Assembly: GCA_028685755.1 (NCBI GenBank)
Contig: JAQUDJ010000007.1
Coordinates: 8,680-72,679, forward strand
Direction: 5' to 3'
DNA: 64,000 nt
From: Eubacteriales bacterium
Lineage (GTDB): Bacteria; Bacillota; Clostridia; Saccharofermentanales; UBA5734
The translations under genes and the position numbers were made by a program. The notes beneath the pieces were generated by a model that was not told the DNA's origin, did not search any database, and saw nothing but the letters and a program-made list of their open reading frames with translations. Shown here in pieces: positions 17,750 through 26,338 of this stretch; within the stretch, counting starts at the first letter, position 1, and the number at the start of each line of letters is the position of its first letter.

Positions 17750-18652
17750 ATGAAACATAAAATTATCCCGAATCTCTGGTTTGCAGGCAACGCACAAGAG
17801 GCTGTAAATTTCTATGTAGCTGCTTTCCCCGATAGTCAAGTGAAAGACCAAAGTTACTACCCCAACAGTTTAGATGAAGGACTAGCTGATTTTCAGCTTG
17901 ATCTGGCCGGCAAGGTTCTGACTGTCGAGTTTGAACTCGGCAAATTGCCGTTTATCGCTATCAATGCCGGGCCCGAATTTAAATTCAATCCGTCCATATC
18001 CTTTATGGTCACTTTCGATCCCAGTCAAGACAGCCAAGCAATCGGACACATCGATGACTTATGGCAAAAACTTATCGAAGGCGGCGAGGTGCTTATGCCT
18101 TTAGATAAATATCCATTCAGTCCGCGATATGGCTGGGTCAAAGATCGATTTGGTTTGACGTGGCAACTAATATTATCTGATTTAGCCGGTGCATCACGCC
18201 CACCGATTATTCCTTCATTATTATTTGCCGGTGCGAAAACCAACCTGGCAGAAGCTGCGATCAAATATTATGCCTCAGTATTCCCCGACGGAAAAGTTGG
18301 CAATCTGGCTCACTATCCTGAAGCGACCGGTCCAGCCCAAGCAGGATCCCTGATGTTTGGTGAATTCACCTTGGCTGGTCAACTGTTTGCAGCGATGGAT
18401 TCAGGTGTCAATCAAGATTTCGCATTCAATGAGGCTGTATCATTTTCTATCAGTTGCAAAGACCAAGTTGAAATCGATTATTTTTGGGATCTACTTGCTG
18501 ATGATCCGCAATTCAATCAATGCGGCTGGTGTAAAGACAAATTCGGCTTAAGCTGGCAAATTGTGCCAGAAAACATGGATGAACTGATGCAAAAACCGGA
18601 TGCGTTTGCTCACATGATGGAAATGAAAAAATTGGTTATCGCCGATTTTTAA
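17750..18652 (+). CDS. VOC-superfamily protein, two tandem PhnB/3-demethylubiquinone-9 3-methyltransferase-like domains
   Basis: The N-terminal IIPNLWFAGNAQEAVNFY signature is repeated in the second half (IIPSLLFAGAKTNLAEAAIKYY). GLSWQI/GLTWQL ends are typical of this family. Confidence 0.75.
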   Translation: MKHKIIPNLWFAGNAQEAVNFYVAAFPDSQVKDQSYYPNSLDEGLADFQLDLAGKVLTVEFELGKLPFIAINAGPEFKFNPSISFMVTFDPSQDSQAIGHIDDLWQKLIEGGEVLMPLDKYPFSPRYGWVKDRFGLTWQLILSDLAGASRPPIIPSLLFAGAKTNLAEAAIKYYASVFPDGKVGNLAHYPEATGPAQAGSLMFGEFTLAGQLFAAMDSGVNQDFAFNEAVSFSISCKDQVEIDYFWDLLADDPQFNQCGWCKDKFGLSWQIVPENMDELMQKPDAFAHMMEMKKLVIADF

Positions 18653-18678
18653 GTGGGGTTGAATATGGGGTTTAATTT

Positions 18679-18822
18679 GTGAACGATAAAATTGAAAAAC
18701 TGCTCAGAAAGGCTGATTATATTCACTGGTTCAATCACAAGCGAATTCATGGAACACTTGGCTACCTTAGCCCTACCGATTTGAGCAACAGACCTTATAA
18801 ATACTGTCCGACAAAGTGTTGA
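18679..18822 (+). mobile_element. IS3-family transposase (OrfB/rve) C-terminal remnant
   Basis: A short frame translates to ...YIHWFNHKRIHGTLGYLSPTDL..., the conserved extreme C-terminus of IS3/IS150 integrase-type transposases. No upstream part of the transposase is present. Confidence 0.55.
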
Positions 18823-19130
18823 CATACCAATACAGCACCGTCCTCAATCTGAATCTTTAAGATGTCCTCAATGATCGCTGTCAGTTCAGTCCTAGATAGA
18901 GTCTGCCCTTTGATTGTTGCATCCATATCCATTGTGGTGCGCGCATCAATGCCAACCATCGCAGCAATAAGCATGCCTCCTTTAAGGATGAAGTTATGTT
19001 TGTAATCTGAAACAGCTATACGTTCCAAAAAGCGCTCCATCATGAAGTTGCGAAGCAGGATCTCAGCCTCGACATTCGATTTTTTCGAAAGGTTTTGGAT
19101 TAAAGCTTTTAACTGTGTGGATGTTCTCAT
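18795..19130 (-). pseudogene. abiEii: AbiEii/AbiGii-family nucleotidyltransferase toxin, truncated (about 110 of an expected roughly 280 aa)
   Basis: The N-terminus MRTSTQLKALIQNLSKK...ERFLERI..S.Y...FILKGGML and the R.T.D.D motif match AbiEii. Its start overlaps the abiEi stop (ATGA). The ORF runs into the IS remnant and stops. Confidence 0.6.
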
Positions 19131-19720
19131 AACAGCACCTCCATGTAACATCTGAGTTGCTTGGTCACTTTGAACGCTTCTGCCAATTGCATGAGTTGAT
19201 TCAGATTTTTATCTTTACGCTTGGCGTAACGCTTGATTGCATCTGTCACAACGGCGATGTCTAAATCGTTCCGACTTCTCAGGCAATCACATATTGTGCG
19301 TTCCATATCATAAGCCTTAACAGAATTTCCAAACATTGTTGTAAGTTTTGTGACTCCGATTTCGTGCAATTCGCGCTTAATTGTGAAAACGGTGAAGCCA
19401 TCCTCTCGAAGTCGTGTTGGGTTATAGCCTGTTGGAACTGTAACCATATAGTTGATTGGATCACGGTCTGTCAGTTCGTGTAGAAACAGTGCTGTTTCAT
19501 GAGAATAGATGATTTTTGGACGCCTAAGTTGGACGATATACATCTTGTCAGTAAACTCATCAGGCAAAACATAAATCCCTGTAGTCACTCGTTCCAAATC
19601 GCCTGAATGCACAAGCAGGCGCAATCTTTCGTTTGAGACTCCGGCTTCATTTGCCTGGGCGGTAGTAACGATTCCGCCATTCTGTTTAAGGACTGATTGA
19701 AGTTCATTGGGCATAGCCAT
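19127..19720 (-). CDS. abiEi: AbiEi-family type IV toxin-antitoxin antitoxin / transcriptional regulator
   Basis: About 197 aa. N-terminal wHTH (GGIVTTAQANEAGVSNERLRLLV.SGDLERV..GIY). The C-terminal domain is typical of AbiEi_4. GGAGGTGG ribosome-binding site before the Met at 19720. Confidence 0.7.
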   Translation of the reverse strand: MAMPNELQSVLKQNGGIVTTAQANEAGVSNERLRLLVHSGDLERVTTGIYVLPDEFTDKMYIVQLRRPKIIYSHETALFLHELTDRDPINYMVTVPTGYNPTRLREDGFTVFTIKRELHEIGVTKLTTMFGNSVKAYDMERTICDCLRSRNDLDIAVVTDAIKRYAKRKDKNLNQLMQLAEAFKVTKQLRCYMEVLL

Positions 19721-20032
19721 GCTACCACCTCCAATTTGATTTTCGTGCACATCTCATCAACGAAACAAGCATGATAATCAAATTCTCTTCGAATCATTTT
19801 TTGAAAGGAGCACCTCGAAATGAAAAGACCTTTAGCTTATATCACCGCTTCATGGGGCGTTGATCCAACTGAGAATACGGAGATCGCCGCCAAATAAAAT
19901 GACCATCAGAGAACGTGGCTCCTGATCTAATATTGGTTCTTTGTCAACTTCGATGAGCTTTGGGCGAGTGTTTGCGAGCTAAGGACACCTTGTTGGCCTA
20001 TATCATGAAAAACAACTGTTTAACCAATTCAG

Positions 20033-23000
20033 TCAGGCAGCCGCCACAGAATTGGCGTTAACCTGATCGATCACTTTGCGGATCCCAAGCCAGAGGGACA
20101 AATCGGTAAACACTTCGACGATGCTGCCGCGATCCGTGAAGGGTGGTTCCTGAAGGACCGACAGGTCTTTCATCAGGCCATTATGAACGATGTATTCTAC
20201 AATCTGATTGACGAAATAGATTTGTCTGCTGACCAGATTTGCATTGTCTAGATACGCTGCAAAAGCTGACTTAGCCGCAGCCATGTCCAAACCAACGATC
20301 TCACGGACAAATTCGCCCAGTGGCTTTTGACCGCAGGCTTCTTCATAATCCTGGCGGGTGCCAATCTCGCTCCAGAGGATATTTTCCAGTGTTTTCAGAT
20401 CCTCCAGGGTCAGAGGGACATTGGTTTTCAGTTTGGCAATTGCGGTCTGGTCCTGATGCTGACGGATGTAGAATTCGGCTTTGGCCTTGTAATTTTTCAG
20501 ATCATCATTTTCCAAGTCAGATTCCCGAAACAAATAGGACAGGATTTCGTCTGAAAAATTAGTCGTATAGGTGACCGTGTTAATTGAGATGTATTTCATG
20601 AGTTCGCGCAGCTTCTCGCGAATAATTTCAAACTCATTAATCCCGGCGTTGTCCAGGTAATCGGTATGCAGGATTTTGTTGATCAGATCAGACTGAGCCA
20701 TAATTTCGGGAATGTTGGCAATTCCAGCTACACTTCGGACTCTTTTGTATAGATCCGAACGGGCTTTGGTATATTTTTTACCAATCAGAAAAGCGAGCTC
20801 AATGCCATAAACCAAGGCATCGAATCGGACCGCACTGGCCTCATCCTCCTCGGGCATAATCAATGGCGCCAGTTCATGCTTGATGATCAGCGTGTCTTCA
20901 TAACTGAGCGTGTCATAGCTCTTGGGATCCGAATAGAGTTCGACATATTTCAAATGCTGCTTGACCGCGAAATTCTCCCGGTTCAAGGCCTGAACACTGC
21001 GAACCAGATCTGTGACCAGATTTTTCCGATAGGGAATCAGGTCATTGGTTTGGAAGGCAAGGTCTTGAAATTTCGAGATGATCTGTGCCTTGAGATGGAA
21101 AATGGCACCTTGCAAGGCGAGCATATTGGCGCTGGGGCGGCCCTTGTTCAGGCGGAAAAATTCAAAGTTGCCACAGAAATCGAAGATATAGAAATTTTGT
21201 TTGTCTTCGCCGTCTAGCAGACCAGGGCATAAGCGAGTACCGCGTCCGATCATCTGCCAGAACTTGGCCTTGCTCAATACTTTCTTGAAGAAAACCAGGT
21301 TGAGCAACTCGGGCACATCGATGCCCGTGTCAAGCATATCCACTGAAATCGCGATCTGGGGCTGTTTATTGGCCTCAGAAAACTCATCGATGGCACTTTG
21401 GGCATATGTCATGTAGGTGTCTATGACCTTGGCGTAATTTGGTAAATGGGGGTACGACTTGCCAAAGACCGTCAGAATTTTTTCGGCATGCTCGTGGTTC
21501 TTGGCAAAGATGATGGTCTTGCCCAGCTTTTGACCATAGTCGATCCTGAGGCCATCGGTCATCAAGACATGCAAGACTTGACGGATGGTATCTTCATTGA
21601 AAATCCATTCGTTCAACGCTGAGGAGGCAATCGATTCTGGCACCTCACCGTTTTCATCCCGGAAAGTTTCCTCATAAATGGCTTTCTCGGCTTCGGAAAG
21701 TTCGTCGTAGACAATGCCCTGCTCAATGAATTTCAATGAGGTCTCCACGGACAAGAAATCGATCAGGTATCCGTCTTTGACCGCCTGGGCCAGTTCATAA
21801 CCATAAGTCGGCACGCCGTTTTCCAGCTCGAACACATCATAAGTGTTTTTATCGATCTCATCTTTGGGTGTGGCTGTCAATCCCACGAGTGGCGCATCGA
21901 AATAGTTGAAGATGTCCCGGTATTTGTTGTAGATCGAACGGTGCGCTTCGTCGCAGATGACCAGGTCAAAATGCCCGCAGCTAAACAGCTTGCCTTCATC
22001 ATCTTTGATGGCGTCGATGCTGTTCATCATTGTCTGGTAGGTGGAAAACACACAGTGGGCGTTGTAGTTGTTCTTATCCTCACAGAGATTGGTGATGGAC
22101 AGGTCAGGCAGCAGATTGGCAAAGCTGCGTTTCGCCTGTGTGACCAGCGAACTGCGGTCGGCGAGGAAGAGGATGTTCTTTACCCAGCCACCCTGTAGTA
22201 GGACATCACAAAGACCGATGACTGTTCTCGTTTTGCCCGAGCCGGTGGCCATGACCAGCAAGGCTTTGCGGCGGTTGCGCCCATCGAGACTGTCGCAGAC
22301 AGCCTTGATCGCGGCTTCCTGGTAGTATCGGCCTGCGATGTTCTTTCTCACCCGTACGTGCTTAAGGCTGCTTCGCAGGGTCTGCAGGTTGTAGTGTTTT
22401 TCCAGATCGCGCTTGGAATAGATGTTGGAAACCTTGCGTTCTGGATAGCGGTTGTCCACCAGGCGCGTCTCAAATCCATTGGTGAGAAAAACGACCGGTC
22501 GGCGATGGAATTTTTGTTCCAGCAAGTCGGCGTAAAGCTTGGCTTGCTGACGGCCCTTGGCAACATCGACACAGGTGCGCTTGGCTTCGACCACCGCCAG
22601 AGGCCGGCCATCGTCGCCATAGAGCACATAATCGGCATAGCCAACCTCGGACGGATTGGGCATCCCGGGCAGCTCAACTTCGCTGAGCCAGTCGTGACCC
22701 TCTGTCCAGCCAGCATCAATCAGCATGGCATCGATGTAGATCTTACGGGTTTTATACTCTGACAGCTCCAGAGGCTTGGGCACATAGGTCTGTTGCTGCG
22801 TCTCGCGCCGAGCGGTCAATTCGGCTTTGAGCGCTACGTTCTCGGCAATCAGGGATTGAAGATCGATCTCTGTAACAGCCACAGGTGCTGACATCGTCTG
22901 TGCTGGCTTCGCCTCGAGAAGAGTAGAATTATATGACCCTTCGGTGTAGTTTTTTCCATAGCAATAGGCCACGTAGTCAAGAAAGACGAATAGATTCTCC

Positions 23001-23332
23001 AGACATAGCTTGGCCTGCTCCAGGGTCGCTTTTTTGCTGGTATGCGCGGCGATGTTACCCATCTTGCGGATGAAATCCATGCGCCGCCAGATGTCTATAC
23101 CGACGACCGTGCGAAATTCCTCCGTGCTCATCAGGCTGATTAACGTATCCTGGTAGGGCGCGACAAGGCTGCTGTCCACGGAATACATCCATTTGACAGC
23201 AAACTCCATCGCACGGCGGCAGTTGATAATACTTGCCTCCGCGTCAACCATCAAGATGAGCTCTGCCGATACCGCCACATCCGCAAAGGATGCAAACCGC
23301 GGATCCGACTGGATGGAACTGAAGTTAGTCAT
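20033..23332 (-). CDS. hsdR: Type I restriction endonuclease subunit R (with N-terminal DUF4145-like domain)
   Basis: 1099 aa. It has the PD-(D/E)xK region (ADYVLY...VVEAKR) and SF2 helicase motifs (MATGSGKT, DEAH, TATP, QMIGRGTR). The rest of the operon is hsdM/hsdS. Confidence 0.95.
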   Translation of the reverse strand: MTNFSSIQSDPRFASFADVAVSAELILMVDAEASIINCRRAMEFAVKWMYSVDSSLVAPYQDTLISLMSTEEFRTVVGIDIWRRMDFIRKMGNIAAHTSKKATLEQAKLCLENLFVFLDYVAYCYGKNYTEGSYNSTLLEAKPAQTMSAPVAVTEIDLQSLIAENVALKAELTARRETQQQTYVPKPLELSEYKTRKIYIDAMLIDAGWTEGHDWLSEVELPGMPNPSEVGYADYVLYGDDGRPLAVVEAKRTCVDVAKGRQQAKLYADLLEQKFHRRPVVFLTNGFETRLVDNRYPERKVSNIYSKRDLEKHYNLQTLRSSLKHVRVRKNIAGRYYQEAAIKAVCDSLDGRNRRKALLVMATGSGKTRTVIGLCDVLLQGGWVKNILFLADRSSLVTQAKRSFANLLPDLSITNLCEDKNNYNAHCVFSTYQTMMNSIDAIKDDEGKLFSCGHFDLVICDEAHRSIYNKYRDIFNYFDAPLVGLTATPKDEIDKNTYDVFELENGVPTYGYELAQAVKDGYLIDFLSVETSLKFIEQGIVYDELSEAEKAIYEETFRDENGEVPESIASSALNEWIFNEDTIRQVLHVLMTDGLRIDYGQKLGKTIIFAKNHEHAEKILTVFGKSYPHLPNYAKVIDTYMTYAQSAIDEFSEANKQPQIAISVDMLDTGIDVPELLNLVFFKKVLSKAKFWQMIGRGTRLCPGLLDGEDKQNFYIFDFCGNFEFFRLNKGRPSANMLALQGAIFHLKAQIISKFQDLAFQTNDLIPYRKNLVTDLVRSVQALNRENFAVKQHLKYVELYSDPKSYDTLSYEDTLIIKHELAPLIMPEEDEASAVRFDALVYGIELAFLIGKKYTKARSDLYKRVRSVAGIANIPEIMAQSDLINKILHTDYLDNAGINEFEIIREKLRELMKYISINTVTYTTNFSDEILSYLFRESDLENDDLKNYKAKAEFYIRQHQDQTAIAKLKTNVPLTLEDLKTLENILWSEIGTRQDYEEACGQKPLGEFVREIVGLDMAAAKSAFAAYLDNANLVSRQIYFVNQIVEYIVHNGLMKDLSVLQEPPFTDRGSIVEVFTDLSLWLGIRKVIDQVNANSVAAA

Positions 23333-23339
23333 CGAATGG

Positions 23340-23681
23340 CTACCTACCAGTGTTTTTTCTGCCAGAGTTTCGCATTTGAGCTTGCCCAGTTGGCGTGCGT
23401 AAATATTCCTTCGTCAAAGTTGAAATGATATCGGTGCCCAGTTGGTGATTAGATTGAGCTTGAATCAATTCTAATTGATGTGCATGCTCAATTTCCAGTT
23501 TTTCCTTCTCCATCGCGAATTTTTCGCGCTCTTTCTCGATGTCCAATTCATGTTGCTTAACAAGCTTTTGAAGATCTGCTTTGGCTTGCTTTCTGGCTAC
23601 AATGTAACTTGCAAATCCCGCTATTGTGGCACAAAGAACGGAGATGATGTACGGCAAGTATTCAATCATAGATAACCTCAC
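23340..23681 (-). CDS. Hypothetical small protein: N-terminal TM helix plus charged coiled-coil
   Basis: 113 aa. TM segment YLPYIISVLCATIAGFASYIVA, then KQAKADLQKLVKQHELDIEKEREKFAMEKEKLEIEHAHQLELIQ. Its start overlaps the hsdS stop by 4 nt, and its stop lies 7 nt before the hsdR start. Confidence 0.5.
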   Translation of the reverse strand: MRLSMIEYLPYIISVLCATIAGFASYIVARKQAKADLQKLVKQHELDIEKEREKFAMEKEKLEIEHAHQLELIQAQSNHQLGTDIISTLTKEYLRTPTGQAQMRNSGRKNTGR

Positions 23682-24844
23682 CCGAAATATTGCTGTATGA
23701 GCGAATTTTTCAATGATTCAAGCGTTTCAAGGCTTTTTTGAATTGTAAATTTCGATTTGTCGATAGATTTAATTAGTTCAAAATACTTAACTTGTTGATC
23801 CAAAGGAGGTAAGATTACTTCTATCTCATCGATTCTAAATAGGGCCAGTTTAGGTTGAGTTGTGCTCATTGTCTTATCTTTTACCTGTTCTTGAGCGTAT
23901 TCAGTTTGCAGATATAATGCCAAATATCCCGTATTCAAGATTGATAAGTCACGAATTACAATTTTTGCAGCATTTTCAGTTAAGTTGCTACCAGATAGTA
24001 TTTGGGGTACGGTACCGGTTAGTCCAATTGTTCCTGCTATGCTTATGTATACATCATCAGATGAAATTGTGTATCTTGAAATTGTATTTGCTGTCTCATT
24101 TGAGAGATACTTAAGATCGTCCATTCTTATACTTCCATCTTGAAAATCAGTTACTCTTATATATGGATGATTTGTTGGACCGGGAACATAAGTATGACCC
24201 TTCGGTAAGCGTTTCCCTCCTTTAACTGAAGCAACACTACTAATCTTCGCTAAAGGATATCCCTTCGGATTTGTTGAGGGATCACCAAACATCTCGATAA
24301 ATTGAGATTTGATAATCTCGTCTAACGTTGAGATCTGCTTCTTGTTAAGAGTAATGAGATTGGTTACAACTCTTAGAATCTTAGTTATTTTTATTTGCTC
24401 ATCAAAAAGAACGTCTGGAAGTCTCAATTCTGCCAGAGTATCGATCTTGATTCCCTTAATCGTCGCTCCGCGAGCTTGTGTCTGTAAGAAATCCTTCTTG
24501 GAAAAAATGAAATCACGAAGGTATGCTTTGTCCCATTTATTTTCATCAATGTTTAGTAGTGCAATAATATCTTGGCTGGTCGATATTGGAACAGAATTCA
24601 CTGCGACTTTTCCAACGCCTACCCTAGTACCAACCAAGATTGAATTAGCAGGCACAATTTTTGCTGAACTTTCCTTTATGGCTTGATCAGTGATCCACTC
24701 TGCTGCGCAAGTTTGATCGACGGTGCTGTTGTTAAGTGCAACAGTTGTAATCCATGGAATTGTACCACCGAAATAGGAGGGATCACTTTTACTCGGAGTC
24801 CCTCCAGATTGAAAAGTACACACGTCCCCCAATCGCACCTTCAC
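23678..24844 (-). CDS. hsdS: Type I restriction-modification specificity subunit
   Basis: 388 aa with two target-recognition domains. Each opens with the typical G..PS/GG...K block (FQSGGTPSK ; VKGGKRLPKG), and they are separated by conserved helical spacers. Its start overlaps the hsdM stop. Confidence 0.9.
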   Translation of the reverse strand: MKVRLGDVCTFQSGGTPSKSDPSYFGGTIPWITTVALNNSTVDQTCAAEWITDQAIKESSAKIVPANSILVGTRVGVGKVAVNSVPISTSQDIIALLNIDENKWDKAYLRDFIFSKKDFLQTQARGATIKGIKIDTLAELRLPDVLFDEQIKITKILRVVTNLITLNKKQISTLDEIIKSQFIEMFGDPSTNPKGYPLAKISSVASVKGGKRLPKGHTYVPGPTNHPYIRVTDFQDGSIRMDDLKYLSNETANTISRYTISSDDVYISIAGTIGLTGTVPQILSGSNLTENAAKIVIRDLSILNTGYLALYLQTEYAQEQVKDKTMSTTQPKLALFRIDEIEVILPPLDQQVKYFELIKSIDKSKFTIQKSLETLESLKNSLIQQYFG

Positions 24845-26337
24845 AGCATCGTCTCCAGATCCGCCAGCCCCTGGGATATCTCCAGTTCGAGCTTTTTGAG
24901 ATCCGCCAGGATTTCCTGCGGTGAGCGATGGTCCATAGGCATGTATTCGGTTTTCTTGTACTTGTTGATCGACAGGTCATAACCGTTGTCGACTATCTCC
25001 TGTTTGGGCACCAAGAACGACTTCTCTGTCCGGGCGCGATCGGTTTCGGTGGCGCGATTTTTGAAGCGCTCTATGATATCGGGGATGTCGTTTTCTTCCA
25101 CGAGGGTTCGTTTGTCGTCTAAGCTCATGCCATCTGCTGTCATGTCATAGAACCAAACATTGTCGGTTCCGCCGTGGCCCGTTTTTGTGAAGATCAAGAT
25201 TCCGGTGGAAACACCGGCATAGGGCTTAAACACACCGGAGGGCATTGAAATGACAGCCTCCAGTCGGTTGCCTTCGATCAGTTCTTTGCGAATGGCCATG
25301 TGCGCTGCGGAGGAGCCAAAGACCACGCCATCAGGGACAATACAGGCACAGCGACCGCCCACTTTCAGCATGCGCAGGAACAGGGCCAAAAATAGTAATT
25401 CGGTCTTTTTTGTCTTGCAGACCTTTAATAGGTCGGTAGATACGATATCCGAATCGAGGCTGCCTTTGAATGGTGGATTAGCCAGAATCAGCGAGTACTT
25501 GCCTTTGTCTGGATTTTGGTCAGACAGGCTGTCGCGGTACTCAATGAACGGATTGTCGACGCCATGGGTCATCATGTTCATGGCGCCGATACGGAGCATG
25601 GTCCGGTCCATGTCGTAACCATAAAACATATGGTTCATGTAATGGTCTTTTTGAATCCTATTGAAGAAGATCTCTTCCTTGTAGTGATTCTTGAGGTATT
25701 CACCAGCCGACACCAGAAAGCCTGATGTGCCACAGGCCGGATCGCAAATCACATCGTCAGGAAGGGGTTGCATGAGCTCGACCATCATTTTGATGATGTG
25801 GCGTGGGGTTCGAAACTGGCCATTGACGCCTGAGCTGGAGATCTTGGAGAGCAGATATTCGTAGACGTCGCCGCGTACATCCGCTTCTTTCAGGATAGAC
25901 ATTTGCCTGTAGATTTCATCCAGAGCGTCCACGATTTTGGACAGCATCAGAGGAGTGGGAATTTTAAAAATGGCGTCATCCATGTATTTGGAATAGGCAC
26001 TTTCTTTATTGCTGTGCAGGTTTTTTATGAATGGGAACACCCACTCCTGCACGACGGCGTACATTTTTCCGGCAGGGAAATCATGGAACACCGACCATTT
26101 AAGCTGGTGACCTTCTACGGTCCGCTCGCCAATCTGGACCTCGCTGGCAAAAATACTCGTATAAGGGAGCCCCAGCATGGCGCTTTCCTTAGCACGCAGA
26201 TTATCGGTGTCGTCCAGATCGCGGATGAACATCAGGTAGGTCATCTGCTCTACGACATCCAGTGGGTTAGTCAACCCACCCGTCCAGAAGAGCTGCCAGA
26301 GACCGTCGATTTTATTTTTAAGTTCGCCTGTAATCAT
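24841..26337 (-). CDS. hsdM: Type I restriction-modification N6-adenine DNA methyltransferase subunit
   Basis: HsdM N-terminal domain, a FRTPRHI motif, AdoMet motif DPACGTSGFL and catalytic NPPF. The start was moved to the Met at 26337, 1 nt after the fic stop. The 16 upstream codons of the listed ORF overlap fic. Confidence 0.95.
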   Translation of the reverse strand: MITGELKNKIDGLWQLFWTGGLTNPLDVVEQMTYLMFIRDLDDTDNLRAKESAMLGLPYTSIFASEVQIGERTVEGHQLKWSVFHDFPAGKMYAVVQEWVFPFIKNLHSNKESAYSKYMDDAIFKIPTPLMLSKIVDALDEIYRQMSILKEADVRGDVYEYLLSKISSSGVNGQFRTPRHIIKMMVELMQPLPDDVICDPACGTSGFLVSAGEYLKNHYKEEIFFNRIQKDHYMNHMFYGYDMDRTMLRIGAMNMMTHGVDNPFIEYRDSLSDQNPDKGKYSLILANPPFKGSLDSDIVSTDLLKVCKTKKTELLFLALFLRMLKVGGRCACIVPDGVVFGSSAAHMAIRKELIEGNRLEAVISMPSGVFKPYAGVSTGILIFTKTGHGGTDNVWFYDMTADGMSLDDKRTLVEENDIPDIIERFKNRATETDRARTEKSFLVPKQEIVDNGYDLSINKYKKTEYMPMDHRSPQEILADLKKLELEISQGLADLETML

Positions 26338-26338
26338 G

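Noticed and set aside
19820-19897. 25-codon ORF (MKRPLAYITASWGVDPTENTEIAAK) with a strong AAAGGAG ribosome-binding site between abiEi and hsdR
   Set aside because: It may be the stump of a longer gene or a small regulator, but it is too short to assign and I cannot check conservation. It is not annotated.
17568-20032. Direct repeat of the tRNA-Ser 3' end (att site) and an integrase marking the far end of the island
   Set aside because: I could not find a copy of GAGAGTGGGATTTGAA-like sequence by eye, and there is no tyrosine or serine recombinase ORF. The island boundary therefore remains an inference, and a computational repeat search is needed.
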